This document shows, piece by piece, positions 46,111-56,874 of a stretch of 64,000 nt of DNA; position 1 is the stretch's first letter; every line of letters starts with the position of its first letter. The DNA is from Ignavibacteria bacterium (GTDB lineage Bacteria; Bacteroidota; Ignavibacteria; UBA10030; SZUA-254), in NCBI GenBank assembly GCA_016178595.1, contig JACOSY010000013.1:153181-217180 (forward strand), written 5' to 3'. Made by a program: the position numbers and the translations under genes. The notes below the pieces were generated by a model. That model was not told the DNA's origin. It did not search any database and saw only the letters and a list, made by a program, of their open reading frames with translations.

Positions 46111-48213
46111 GTGGGCACGTGTGGACTTCGAATGTCGCTTCACCTGCGGGCGGGCGTACGGTTCACCGTCTTTCTCTCGCTGGGTCTTTCCAATGTTTGT
46201 TCTACACGATCACAGACGAAGTATTGGGTGTACTTCATCGACAAGGGACCGGTTGCTACCGAAGGTAACACTGCATTCATGAAAGGCTCTCCCGCATACG
46301 AGCACGCTCGAGTGATTGTTCAGCCGCGGGCACTTGTTCGCCGGTCGAAGGTTCTGCCGAATGAATCACTTCTTGATGCTGCCGACCTCCCGGTGTACCG
46401 ACCGTATATTGATGAAGTACGCGGTACAGGTGGAGTTCCAGCGCGGGAAAGCAGGTGGTTGAATGCGGCAAGTTTCTGGCTCTCGCGAGAACAGATCGAG
46501 CGTGCGAGAACACTTCCATGTGTGCAAAAGGTCGAACCTGTCGTTGTCTTCCACGGTCGAAAGTTGGAATTTCGGGAAGAGGATATCCGGTCGTTTGGAA
46601 AGGCTACTGCCATTGATTACGGCGCATCGTTTGCACAAGAACAGATGATCAACGTGCCGGCGCTTCATACTGCGGGCATTACAGGACATGGTGTATTGAT
46701 TGGAATGCTCGATACAGGATTTCGTTGGCGCACGCATGAAGCGCTTCGTGGACTGAAGGTCGTTGCCGAACACGATTTCATCTTCAACGATGACGTGACG
46801 GCGAATCAAGTAAGTGACCGGTCAGACCAGGATTTTCACGGGACATTAACATTGTCGCTTGTGAGTGGGTATGTACCCGGCATCCTGGTAAGTCCTGCCT
46901 TCAATGCATCGTTTATCTTGGGGAAGACAGAAGACGTGCGAAGTGAAACTCGCGTCGAGGAAGACAACTGGGAGGCAGCAATCGAGTGGATGGAAGCGAG
47001 TGGTGTGGATGTCGTCAGCAGCTCGCTGGGCTATGATATTTTCGATGATGGGACAGGGTACACATGGGCTCACGGCGATTTCAACGGCCGCACGTCGGTA
47101 ACAGCAAAAGCAGCAGCACGCGCAGCCCTGCTTGGCGTCGTTGTCTGCAATGCGATGGGGAATGAGGGAAATGGTGATGGAATCACTGGAACGCTTATTA
47201 CTCCTGCCGATGCCGATAGCATTATTTCTGTCGGCGCAGTGTCATTCACACGAGAGCTTGCCGGTTTTAGCTCAACCGGCCCGACGAGCGATGGCAGGAT
47301 CAAACCGGACGTGGTTGCCCCCGGCGTTCGCGGCATGATATGCGCGGTGCCGCCCAATTCGTACACGACGACAATTGACGGAACATCACTTGCAACACCA
47401 ATGGTTGCTGGTGCAGCAGCGCTTCTCCTTGCCGCGAGGCCGGAGCTTACGCCTGTTCAGGTACGAGACATCCTTCGTTCGACTGCCGATACAATCGATA
47501 TCGTACATTTTCCTATACGCCCAAATAATTTTACAGGGTGGGGACTGGTAAATGCCTTCAATGCCGCGCTCTCCTTCGGACCGATCTTCAGCGATACCGT
47601 TGCGGCTCGTGTAGTAAACTCACAGAGCGTCGTGTCCACGATCATCGTCTCGAGGTTTGGTTTGAAGACGAGCACGGTTATGCTGCATTACGCCGTCGGA
47701 CCCGATACGAATTTTTTAGCACTCTCGATGTCTCTTGACTCGTCGATGTTCTTCCTGACGTCGGGTCAATACTCAGCAACGATTCCGCAAGTTCCACAAG
47801 GCACGCCTGTTCGGTTCATCATCGAGGCAAGCGACAGTGGTGGCCACGCTTACCAGAGCCCAGCACAAATCACCGAGAGTGTATGGCAACTACAATACGG
47901 CATGGAAGGAGCGCGGCGTATTTCGACCACCCTGCAAAATATCCCGGAAGGCTACGCGCTGTACCAGAATTATCCCAATCCATTCAATACGCAGACGATA
48001 ATCGAGTATGATGTACCTGCGCGGGAATACGTGAGCTTAAAGGTTTATAACGTCGTTGGCCAGGAAATTGCCACGCTCGTGAGCGGAATCCACGATGCCG
48101 GAACAAAGTTTCATAAACCATTCGACGCGAAGAACTTACCCAGTGGTGTCTTTTTCTATCGTTTGGCGACACCGTCCTTCACTATCACCAAGAAGATGGT
48201 GCTTATCCGGTAA
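46111..48213 (+). CDS. S8 serine peptidase with T9SS type A sorting domain
   Basis: LDTG, HGT, GTSLATP triad; C-terminal LYQNYPNPFN...LPSGVFFYRL...KKMVLIR. Confidence 0.93.
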   Translation: MGTCGLRMSLHLRAGVRFTVFLSLGLSNVCSTRSQTKYWVYFIDKGPVATEGNTAFMKGSPAYEHARVIVQPRALVRRSKVLPNESLLDAADLPVYRPYIDEVRGTGGVPARESRWLNAASFWLSREQIERARTLPCVQKVEPVVVFHGRKLEFREEDIRSFGKATAIDYGASFAQEQMINVPALHTAGITGHGVLIGMLDTGFRWRTHEALRGLKVVAEHDFIFNDDVTANQVSDRSDQDFHGTLTLSLVSGYVPGILVSPAFNASFILGKTEDVRSETRVEEDNWEAAIEWMEASGVDVVSSSLGYDIFDDGTGYTWAHGDFNGRTSVTAKAAARAALLGVVVCNAMGNEGNGDGITGTLITPADADSIISVGAVSFTRELAGFSSTGPTSDGRIKPDVVAPGVRGMICAVPPNSYTTTIDGTSLATPMVAGAAALLLAARPELTPVQVRDILRSTADTIDIVHFPIRPNNFTGWGLVNAFNAALSFGPIFSDTVAARVVNSQSVVSTIIVSRFGLKTSTVMLHYAVGPDTNFLALSMSLDSSMFFLTSGQYSATIPQVPQGTPVRFIIEASDSGGHAYQSPAQITESVWQLQYGMEGARRISTTLQNIPEGYALYQNYPNPFNTQTIIEYDVPAREYVSLKVYNVVGQEIATLVSGIHDAGTKFHKPFDAKNLPSGVFFYRLATPSFTITKKMVLIR

Positions 48214-48218
48214 TCACG

Positions 48219-50393
48219 ATGGCGCCTCTTGCCGCATTGTCCATATCGTTCGGTGGCAATTTAGTTTTTGCGATACTGCTTTGCATCGCGTTTACAATGC
48301 TGGCAATTCTTTTCTACCGGTACACGCTCCCGCCGATTCCGCGCAAACGTCGGATTGTACTTTTATTCCTGCGGGCACTTGCACTCGTGTTGCTGCTTCT
48401 GATTCTCTTCGAGCCGCTCCTCAGACTGATCAATCGCAACGAGCAAAAACCCGTTGTCGCAGTATTACTTGACGTGTCACAGAGCATGGGAATGGTCGAT
48501 GGGGCCGGAAATCGTGCCGATGCTATCAGGCGAATTCTCGTACAAAAGCCGTTGGAGAAACTCCCTGCAGCGGCTGCAACGGAATATTTCCTCTTCTCTT
48601 CACAGCTCTCGCCTCCTTTATCGAAGCCGCCGGATTCTATTGCATTCACCGGCGAGGTCACCAATCTCTCCGACGCACTTGATGGCATAAAAAGCCGCAT
48701 GACGACCGACAACATTCAGGCTGCCGTGCTTATCTCGGATGGGAACTACACGGCTGGCAAGAATCCTCTCTACAGCGCAGAAGCCCTGGGTGTTCCTCTC
48801 TTTACAGTCGGCGTCGGCGACACGATCGAGCAGAAGGATGTCCTCATCGAAAAAGTAACGACAAATGCCGTTGCGTACGCAGAGACCCGGGTACCTGTCG
48901 ATGTGACTGTGAAGAGTTCCGGTTATGCAGGAGAAAATGTTGAAGTAAGACTGCTCGAGGGCACGACCGTACTCGATCACAACGTCATCACGCTCCAGAG
49001 CGGAACGCACGAGTACTCTGTTCGGCTTGCCGTTGAACCGAAAGAGGAAGGAACAAAGCGCTACGCGGTCGATGTCTCACGATTACCGGGCGAGTTGACG
49101 GAGAAGAACAATGTACGCTCATTCTTCATGAAGGTGCTGAAAAGTAAGGTCCGGGTTGTGATGTTTACCGGAGCGCCAAGCCCCGACGTAGCGGCTGTCC
49201 AACAAGCACTCGCAGAAGAAGAGCAATTTTCGGTGCGCTCGTTTGTGCAGCGAGCGCCCGGCGAATTGTACGGCAATGCCGTGACGCGTTCCATCCTGGA
49301 TAGCGCCGACTGTTTCGTGTTCGTCGGATTTCCATCGGCGGCTACAAGCAGTTCGTCCTTCCGGCAAATTGCAGAAGTGATCGCTCAGCAGAAGAAACCG
49401 CTTCTCTACATCGATGGAAAGCTGGTGGATTTTACGAAGCTTCAACAGATCGAATCGATTCTACCGTTTGGCTGGTCTGCCGCAAGTCAGGCTGAGGTGG
49501 AAGTATTTCCCTCAGTCGGTGAGCGCCAGAAGAACCACCCGCTTGTAACGTTTGATGGAACGTTCTCGGCAGAATCGTGGCAAAAGCTTCCACCGATCTT
49601 CAAGACCCAAACATCTTTCCGTGCAAAGCCCGAATCGGATGTACTTGCCTTCGTAAAAATCCAAAATATCGTGCTCACAGAGCCGCTTGTACTCACCCGT
49701 TCTATCGCTCGACAAAAGTCGTTTGCCGTTACAGGTCACGGTGTCTGGCACTGGCGACTGATGGCACAAGGGAACAATCAAACGGAGCAGTTCTTCTCGC
49801 TTCTCATGACAAATGCCGTTCGATGGCTCACGACGAACGAGGATGAGAAACGCGTTCGGATTATTCCAGTGAAGGAAACATTCACAACAGCAGAGGCGGT
49901 AGAATTCACCGGCCAGGTATACGATGAGCAGTTCCGACCGACGGATAACGCCGAGGTCATTGTGACTCTCGAACATGGGAAGGAGAAAATCGAGATGGCG
50001 CTTACCGCAGTCGGTAACGGCAGGTATGAAGGATCTCTGAGCGGCGTAGCGGAAGGCGACTACACGTACTCGGGGAAGGCGGGCGTTAACGGCACTTCTC
50101 TCGGAGAAGATAAAGGACGCATCTCTGTCGGACAGGTGAACGTCGAATTTCTTCAGACGAAAATGGATAAGCAGCTTCTTGAACAGATTGCTTACCGGAC
50201 CGGTGGACGATACTTCAACCTCAATGAAGCAAAAGACCTCGCAAACGATATCGTTGCCACTGCCAAACTCATACCGAAGGAACTTGTGCAGGCAAGCGAG
50301 ATCGAGCTCTGGAACTGGCAGTATTTTGCCGCTTTCCTGATTGTGATATTCGCGCTTGAATGGTTTCTCCGAAAGCGCAGCGGTATGTTGTGA
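48219..50393 (+). CDS. Membrane-anchored vWA domain protein
   Basis: Two N-terminal TMs, DVSQSM MIDAS, ISDG, C-terminal EWFLRKR. Confidence 0.85.
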   Translation: MAPLAALSISFGGNLVFAILLCIAFTMLAILFYRYTLPPIPRKRRIVLLFLRALALVLLLLILFEPLLRLINRNEQKPVVAVLLDVSQSMGMVDGAGNRADAIRRILVQKPLEKLPAAAATEYFLFSSQLSPPLSKPPDSIAFTGEVTNLSDALDGIKSRMTTDNIQAAVLISDGNYTAGKNPLYSAEALGVPLFTVGVGDTIEQKDVLIEKVTTNAVAYAETRVPVDVTVKSSGYAGENVEVRLLEGTTVLDHNVITLQSGTHEYSVRLAVEPKEEGTKRYAVDVSRLPGELTEKNNVRSFFMKVLKSKVRVVMFTGAPSPDVAAVQQALAEEEQFSVRSFVQRAPGELYGNAVTRSILDSADCFVFVGFPSAATSSSSFRQIAEVIAQQKKPLLYIDGKLVDFTKLQQIESILPFGWSAASQAEVEVFPSVGERQKNHPLVTFDGTFSAESWQKLPPIFKTQTSFRAKPESDVLAFVKIQNIVLTEPLVLTRSIARQKSFAVTGHGVWHWRLMAQGNNQTEQFFSLLMTNAVRWLTTNEDEKRVRIIPVKETFTTAEAVEFTGQVYDEQFRPTDNAEVIVTLEHGKEKIEMALTAVGNGRYEGSLSGVAEGDYTYSGKAGVNGTSLGEDKGRISVGQVNVEFLQTKMDKQLLEQIAYRTGGRYFNLNEAKDLANDIVATAKLIPKELVQASEIELWNWQYFAAFLIVIFALEWFLRKRSGML

Positions 50394-50602
50394 GCATTCG
50401 AAAGAAAAAATGAGAAAGTGACGAACGCCCCTCTTGTATCGACTAGAGATACCCTTGCTTTTGCCTCTTGAAAAGACTATTTTCAACATCTGCGTAGACG
50501 AAGAGGTGGACGATCTCAATCTCGCCTGCCGGAATAGTCATCCACGAAAACCGTCCAACTGATATTCTTGAGCTTTTTGTCATCGCAGCCATACGGTTTA
50601 TT

Positions 50603-53600
50603 ATGAGGAGTAATGATATGCACACTTCCTTAAAGAGTCCTTGCCATATAGTGTACGTTGTTGTGCTGAACATACTCGTGTCGGCAACAATGCTCATCGG
50701 TCAGATAAGACCGGCTGTCGGCATTCGGCAGAATACGCCGTCAGTTCACGCGTTCACAAATACGCGCATCGTGATTGCACCCGGAAAAGTAATTGAGAGA
50801 GGCACGCTGGTTATCCGCGACGGAGTTATCACGGCGGTTGGAGTAAACATACCTGTTCCAGCCGACGCGCGTGTGTGGGACATGTCCGGGATGACGCTCT
50901 ATCCCGGTTTCATCGACAGCTATTCTGACATCGGAGTGCCAAAGAAACCGATAGCGGGAGGTCCGCCCGGGCAAGATCAGCCAAAACCCCAGGAGCAGCA
51001 AAGAGGCGGGCCAAAGCATTGGAACGATATGGTGCTTTCATCGTTGAACGCCGACGAACTTTTTTCTCCGGATACGAAAGCAGCAGAGAAACTGAGAGGA
51101 ATGGGTTTTACGGCTGCGCTCATAGTGCCACAGAAGGGAATTTTCCGCGGTACCGGTGCAGTAGTTTCTCTCGGTGATGGAGCGACGAACCAACTTCTTC
51201 TCAAGAGGCATGTCGCTCAGTGTATCGCATTTGAAACCTCGAGTGGTGATGATTACCCCGGATCGCTCATGGGCTCCATCGCACTTATCCGCCAGACATT
51301 CCTTGATGCACAATGGCACAAGCAGGCGATGCAAGCTGCGGCGAAATACCCTGATGAGCCGCGACCCGAATTCGTTGCAGACCTTGCTGCCCTGGATGAT
51401 GCGGTAACCGCCAAGCAGCCTGTCATCGTTGAAACCAGCGACGAGATGAGCCTGCTGCGCGCATCGCGTATTGCCAAAGAATTCTCGCTGAAGTTTTGGG
51501 CCCGCGGAAGCGGTTACGAATATCGCCAGATCGATGCCGTCAAGGCAACCGGTGTGCCGATCATTCTTCCGGTGAATTTTCCGGATCCGCCATCGGTGCA
51601 AACGCCGGAGGAGGCACTCGGCGTCAGCTTGCAGGAGTTACGCTACTGGGATGAAGCGCCCGAAAACCCCGGGAAGCTTCATGACGCAGGAATTCCATTC
51701 GTCTTCACAACGGCAACTCTGAAAGATGCCGGGAGCTTCCTCGGCAACGTGCGGAAAGCAATAGAGCGAGGTCTCCCGGCAGATGCTGCCCTTGCTGCAC
51801 TCACGACGATTCCGTCCCAGCTCCTCGGTCTCGAGAAGAAGCTTGGCACGCTCGATGCCGGGAAAATGGCGAACATTATCGTGGCGGACGGAGATATTTT
51901 TAACGAGAAGACAAAAATCCGTGAGACGTGGATTGATGGCAAGCGTTATGAAGTGAAATCCAAACCGGAATACGATCCGCGTGGCACGTGGAATGCGCTG
52001 CTTACAGGTGCACCGATCGATTCACTGAGTATTATTCTCAAAGGCGAAGTGGAAGGATTGCAGGGCAATGTGAAGGCGAAAGGGAAGGATGTGAAACTCA
52101 CCAGTGCATCGTCCTCCGATCTTCGCATAGCGTTATCCTTTCTTGGCGACTCAATCGGGCTTTCGGGGATTGTCCGCATGACGGCAACGTCGAGCGGCAA
52201 GAACTTCCTTGGCTCCGGAGAACTCGCCGACGGAAAAATCTTTAAGTGGAATGCCAATCGAACGGAGCCATTCAAACCGGAAGCCGATACCGCAAAACCG
52301 AAACTACCCGTGATGGCTTCCTTTAAACCTGTCTACCCGCCGGGTGCATTCGGTCGTTCGAAACTTCCTGCACAGCCCGACCACCTTCTCATTCGCGGTG
52401 CGACCATTTGGACGTGCGGTCCGCAAGGGAAACTGGAGAATGCCAACATATTGGTTGAGCATGGAAAAATTACCAAGGTTGGACAAAACCTCGCAACTCC
52501 CGTTGATGCAGTTATCATCGATGGGAAAGGAAAACATATCACGCCCGGGCTTATTGATTGTCACTCACATTCAGCCGCTGAAGGAAATGTGAACGAAGCC
52601 AATGAGGCGATCTCCGCGGAGGTGCGTATCGGCGACATCCTTGATCCGTATGATATCAGCATTTACCGCGAGCTTGCCGGCGGCCTGACCGCTGCCAATG
52701 TTCTTCACGGCTCGGCAAATGCAATCGGCGGACAGAATCAAGTTATCAAGCTTCGCTGGGGTGCGTTACCCGAGGAGATGAAGTTCGAAGGAGCAATGCC
52801 CGGTATTAAGTTCGCCCTTGGCGAGAACCCGAAGCAAAGCAACTGGGGCGACAAGTACACGACTCGCTATCCTCAGACGCGCCAGGGGGTTGAGCAAATT
52901 ATTCGCGATGAGTTCCGCGCGGCACTTGACTATGAGAAAACGTGGAAAGAATTCGAGAGCGGCAAACGGAAAATCCCGCCACGGCACGATCTGCGGGCGG
53001 AGACGATACTGGAAATACTGAAAGGAAAACGTCTTGTCCACTCGCACTCCTACCGTCAGGACGAAATTGAAATGCTGATGCGCGTGGCAGAAGATTTCGG
53101 CTTCCGCGTTGCAACTTTTCAGCACGTCCTGGAAGGATATAAAGTCGCCGACCAGATCGCGAAGCATGGGGCCGGCGCTTCTACGTTCAGCGACTGGTGG
53201 GGGTACAAGTTCGAAGTTTACGATGCGATCCCCTACAACGGAGCCATCATGCACGATGCAGGCGTTGTTGTTTCCTTTAACTCCGACAGCGATGAGCAAG
53301 CCCGCCGGTTGAATACGGAAGCGGCGAAGGCAGTCAAGTATGGAGGACTGAGTGAAGAAGAAGCTCTCAAGTTTGTCACAATCAACCCTGCACAGCAACT
53401 CCGAATCGATAAGCGTGTCGGCTCGATTGAAGTTGGAAAAGATGCCGATCTCGCCATCTGGAACGGTAATCCTCTCTCGACGTACTCCATCTGTGAGCAA
53501 ACATGGATCGACGGACGGAAGTATTTCGATCGTGATGAAGATCGTGCGATGAATGGCGAAGTACAGCACGAGCGAGCTGCGCTCATTCAAAAAGCGCTCG

Positions 53601-53704
53601 GCTCCAAGAAAGGATCCGGCAGCGAATCGAAATCACCGCCTTCCATGGGTGAGAAAGAACGATATTCCTGCCACGATGACGTTAGCGGAAAGGAGGAGCG
53701 GTGA
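50603..53704 (+). CDS. Two-domain amidohydrolase family protein
   Basis: Two amidohydrolase units; second has PGLIDCHSH and HSYR; start may be 50618. Confidence 0.9.
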   Translation: MRSNDMHTSLKSPCHIVYVVVLNILVSATMLIGQIRPAVGIRQNTPSVHAFTNTRIVIAPGKVIERGTLVIRDGVITAVGVNIPVPADARVWDMSGMTLYPGFIDSYSDIGVPKKPIAGGPPGQDQPKPQEQQRGGPKHWNDMVLSSLNADELFSPDTKAAEKLRGMGFTAALIVPQKGIFRGTGAVVSLGDGATNQLLLKRHVAQCIAFETSSGDDYPGSLMGSIALIRQTFLDAQWHKQAMQAAAKYPDEPRPEFVADLAALDDAVTAKQPVIVETSDEMSLLRASRIAKEFSLKFWARGSGYEYRQIDAVKATGVPIILPVNFPDPPSVQTPEEALGVSLQELRYWDEAPENPGKLHDAGIPFVFTTATLKDAGSFLGNVRKAIERGLPADAALAALTTIPSQLLGLEKKLGTLDAGKMANIIVADGDIFNEKTKIRETWIDGKRYEVKSKPEYDPRGTWNALLTGAPIDSLSIILKGEVEGLQGNVKAKGKDVKLTSASSSDLRIALSFLGDSIGLSGIVRMTATSSGKNFLGSGELADGKIFKWNANRTEPFKPEADTAKPKLPVMASFKPVYPPGAFGRSKLPAQPDHLLIRGATIWTCGPQGKLENANILVEHGKITKVGQNLATPVDAVIIDGKGKHITPGLIDCHSHSAAEGNVNEANEAISAEVRIGDILDPYDISIYRELAGGLTAANVLHGSANAIGGQNQVIKLRWGALPEEMKFEGAMPGIKFALGENPKQSNWGDKYTTRYPQTRQGVEQIIRDEFRAALDYEKTWKEFESGKRKIPPRHDLRAETILEILKGKRLVHSHSYRQDEIEMLMRVAEDFGFRVATFQHVLEGYKVADQIAKHGAGASTFSDWWGYKFEVYDAIPYNGAIMHDAGVVVSFNSDSDEQARRLNTEAAKAVKYGGLSEEEALKFVTINPAQQLRIDKRVGSIEVGKDADLAIWNGNPLSTYSICEQTWIDGRKYFDRDEDRAMNGEVQHERAALIQKALGSKKGSGSESKSPPSMGEKERYSCHDDVSGKEER

Positions 53705-53705
53705 G

Positions 53706-55031
53706 ATGAAAACGCTCAACAACATATTCGTTCTTTTTGCACTTATCCTTCCTTCGTTCGGTGCGCTTGTTGCTTCGGAAATTCCCGGCAAGCCGCAGGA
53801 TCACCCGATCGCACTCGTAGGTGGCACAGTTCATACTGTGAGTGGTGCAGTCGTGGAGAGTGGAACGATTCTTTTCGAGAAAGGAAAGATCACTTCAATC
53901 GGCACGGATGTTACCTTGCCGCAAGGAACAGAATCGATCGATATGACCGGCAAGCACGTGTATCCCGGCATGGTCGACGCCCGATCGGAAATCGGTCTCG
54001 TCGAAATTGACGCTGCCCGTGCAACACGCGATGTGTCGGAGGTGGGAACTATCAACCCTAACATCCGCGCTGAAGTAGCGATGAATCCGGAAAGTGAAAT
54101 CATACCCGTCACGCGCGCAAATGGTATTACGACAGCACTCACGATGCCGAGCGGCGGCACGATCAGCGGAACAGCCGCCGCCATCATGCTCGATGGGTGG
54201 ACATGGGAGGAAATGACGCTCAAAGCGCCGGCGGGTCTCGTTGTCAATTGGCCATCAATGACGATTACCAAGGCGTGGTGGGAACGCCGTACCGAAGATG
54301 AGCAGAAGAAAGCGCGCGATAAAGCTCTTGACGAGCTGCGGGACGCTTTCCGCGATGCCCGTGCGTACATGAAAGCAAAGCAAGCCGAATTGCAGAAGAA
54401 TATCCCGTATCATAAAACGGATCTCCGCTGGGAAGCGATGATTCCCATGCTTGAAGGAAAAGTTCCGGTTCTTGTCAACGCAGAAGAGATTCAACAGATC
54501 GAGGCTGCGATAGCGTGGGCAGAGCAAGAGGGGTTGAAGCTTGTCATCCTCGGCGGCTATGACTCATGGCGTGTAGCCGATCTCTTGAAAGCAAAAGACG
54601 TTTCTGTCATCGTCAATCCCATTCATCGAACGCCATGGCGCCGATGGGAACCGTATGATGTGCAATTCACCATCCCGAAGAAGCTACACGACGCCGGGGT
54701 TCGATTCTGCATCGCGTCCGGCGGCGCTTCGAATGAACGCAATCTTCCGTACCAGGCGGCAACAGCAGCTTCGTATGGTCTTCCGAAGGACGAAGCGTTG
54801 AAAGCCGTGACGCTCTATCCTGCGCAGATCCTTGGTGTTGGCGATCGTGTCGGATCGCTTGAAGTTGGAAAAGATGCAACCCTCATCGTCACCAATGGCG
54901 ATCCATTGGAAATCACGACAAACGTTCTGATGGAATTCATTCAAGGGAAAACGATCTCGCTGCAGAGCCGGCACACGCACTTCTACGAAAAGTACCAGGA
55001 GAAGTATCGGCGCATCGGATCTGTAAAATAA
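53706..55031 (+). CDS. Amidohydrolase family protein
   Basis: Signal peptide, VYPGMVD, GSLEVGKDATL, GDPL. Confidence 0.88.
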   Translation: MKTLNNIFVLFALILPSFGALVASEIPGKPQDHPIALVGGTVHTVSGAVVESGTILFEKGKITSIGTDVTLPQGTESIDMTGKHVYPGMVDARSEIGLVEIDAARATRDVSEVGTINPNIRAEVAMNPESEIIPVTRANGITTALTMPSGGTISGTAAAIMLDGWTWEEMTLKAPAGLVVNWPSMTITKAWWERRTEDEQKKARDKALDELRDAFRDARAYMKAKQAELQKNIPYHKTDLRWEAMIPMLEGKVPVLVNAEEIQQIEAAIAWAEQEGLKLVILGGYDSWRVADLLKAKDVSVIVNPIHRTPWRRWEPYDVQFTIPKKLHDAGVRFCIASGGASNERNLPYQAATAASYGLPKDEALKAVTLYPAQILGVGDRVGSLEVGKDATLIVTNGDPLEITTNVLMEFIQGKTISLQSRHTHFYEKYQEKYRRIGSVK

Positions 55032-55041
55032 GAATGACAAC

Positions 55042-55644
55042 ATGGACGTGACATTCAAAGAACAATCTATTCTTCATAGGCACAACCTGAAGCACATTCC
55101 TGAGCTTCGAGTACATGAGAACGTTTTCGCAGCACAGTTCACGCCTAACTGTGCCGTATCGAATTGCGATGCAGCCTGTTGTCGTTATGGTGTCTTCGCC
55201 GATATAGGTGAACGAGATGCTATCCTGGCTCATGTTGAAATGATCCAGTGGCACATGGAGCCGCATCAGGTGAAGGATTCATCCAAATGGTTTGAAGACC
55301 GCGAGCGTGAGGATACGGATTTTCCTTCCGGCAAAGCAATTGGTACGCAGGCGATGGACTACGGGTGCGTCTTCCTCGATAGTGTCGGTCGGTGTACGCT
55401 TCAGAAAGCTGCAATTGCCGAAGGGATGCATCCATTTGCACTGAAACCGTTCTACTGCGTTGCATATCCGGTCACTGTCGACCACGGAGAGCTCATGGTC
55501 GACGATGCAGAATTCGTCGATCGTCCGCAGTGTTGTCGTCCGACGGAGAGTGGCACCCTCGACATTCTCGATGTCTGTGCCGATGAGTTGGAACATGTCC
55601 TCGGGAAAGAAGGTGTCGAGGAATTGCGAACCATGTTTGAATGA
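55042..55644 (+). CDS. DUF3109-like cysteine-rich protein
   Basis: CDAACC, GCVFL, KPFYCVAYP. Confidence 0.7.
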   Translation: MDVTFKEQSILHRHNLKHIPELRVHENVFAAQFTPNCAVSNCDAACCRYGVFADIGERDAILAHVEMIQWHMEPHQVKDSSKWFEDREREDTDFPSGKAIGTQAMDYGCVFLDSVGRCTLQKAAIAEGMHPFALKPFYCVAYPVTVDHGELMVDDAEFVDRPQCCRPTESGTLDILDVCADELEHVLGKEGVEELRTMFE

Positions 55645-55680
55645 ATGAAGGATCGGAATTCGTACACATAGCGAGCCGGT

Positions 55681-56421
55681 ATGCTGCGTGATTTTTTTCG
55701 TCGACTCAAGGAAGGGACCGAGCATCTCAACTATGGGCGCGATGTTATCGCCGATTGGGCCGCTGAAAAACTCGCGCACCTCAACACGCCGCTTTCAATT
55801 CTTGATCTCGGGTGCGGGCATGGAGATGATCTTATCAATGTCAGAAATTCTCTTTCGAGCAAGAAGATCCGCCTGTTCGGCATTGAAGCCTACTCAGAAA
55901 ATGCCCGCGATGCCGGGCGGGCAGGAATCGAGGTTGTTAACATTGATCTCGAGCGTTCAGCATATCCGTATCCTGATAATACATTCGACCTGATCATCGC
56001 CAACCAAATCATCGAGCATACCAAGGAGATCTTTTGGATATTCTCAGAGTGTTCACGCATCCTCAAGCACAACGGGTACATGATTGTGGGAGTACCGAAT
56101 CTGGCTTCACTGCACAATCGTATTCTTCTTTTGTTCGGCGATCAGCCATCGTCGATCGAGCTGCTTGGTCCCCATGTTCGTGGCATGACGGTGAATGGAT
56201 TCAGACGCTTCGTGGAAGCAGATGCGATCTTTCATATTGACGACGTGAAGGGATCGAACTTCTATCCGTTTCCAGCATCGATCAGCAGACCCTTTTCCAA
56301 GTTCTTCTCACGACTTTCGGTATCGCTCTTCTTCCTGATCCGGAAAACCCATCCAACAAAGCGCTTCATTGAAGTCCTCGATACTCGCTTCTTCGAGACA
56401 AATTTTTATACCGGCCGCTGA
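55681..56421 (+). CDS. Class I SAM-dependent methyltransferase
   Basis: LDLGCGHG, NQIIEH, VPNLAS. Confidence 0.88.
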   Translation: MLRDFFRRLKEGTEHLNYGRDVIADWAAEKLAHLNTPLSILDLGCGHGDDLINVRNSLSSKKIRLFGIEAYSENARDAGRAGIEVVNIDLERSAYPYPDNTFDLIIANQIIEHTKEIFWIFSECSRILKHNGYMIVGVPNLASLHNRILLLFGDQPSSIELLGPHVRGMTVNGFRRFVEADAIFHIDDVKGSNFYPFPASISRPFSKFFSRLSVSLFFLIRKTHPTKRFIEVLDTRFFETNFYTGR

Positions 56422-56439
56422 GGAGACGTTCGCGCATTC

Positions 56440-56488
56440 TTGACAGGAAGTTACATTCTTTGTACATTACAGTTGAATGATTGCTCAA
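56440..56488 (+). promoter_or_regulatory. Sigma70 promoter and SmtB/CadC-type operator
   Basis: TTGACA-N17-TACATT; imperfect inverted repeat TTGAATGATTGCTCAA at 56473-56488. Confidence 0.7.
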
Positions 56489-56510
56489 TCGTTTCATTAT
56501 CTGATTTCAG

Positions 56511-56870
56511 ATGAAAAAATCAATCGGAAGGTGCGAGGTTCTTTTCGTTCATGAAGATCGTGTCAGGTCGGCGCGGAAAGCGCTTCGTGATGACCGGACG
56601 ACGCTCGAGCTGGCTGAAACATTCAAAGTATTAAGCGATCCCACGCGCTTGAAGGTCGTCCTTGCACTGACGAAAGAAGAATTATGCGTATGCGACATTG
56701 CTGCACTCCTTGGGATGACAGATTCGGCCATCTCGCATCAACTGCGTACACTCAAGCATCTTCGTCTCGTCAAACATCGCAAGATGGGAAAAATGGCATA
56801 CTACTCGCTGGATGATGAGCATATTAAAGACTTAATTCGTCTGGCAACGCGCCACGTCACGGAGTTGTAA
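56511..56870 (+). CDS. ArsR/SmtB family metalloregulator (CadC/SmtB-like)
   Basis: FKVLSDPTR, ELCVCDIA, SHQLR, DDEH...HVTE. Confidence 0.93.
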   Translation: MKKSIGRCEVLFVHEDRVRSARKALRDDRTTLELAETFKVLSDPTRLKVVLALTKEELCVCDIAALLGMTDSAISHQLRTLKHLRLVKHRKMGKMAYYSLDDEHIKDLIRLATRHVTEL

Positions 56871-56874
56871 GAAT

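Noticed and set aside
50490-50590. Possible riboswitch upstream of the amidohydrolases
   Set aside because: Only short pairings and no aptamer consensus that I recognise
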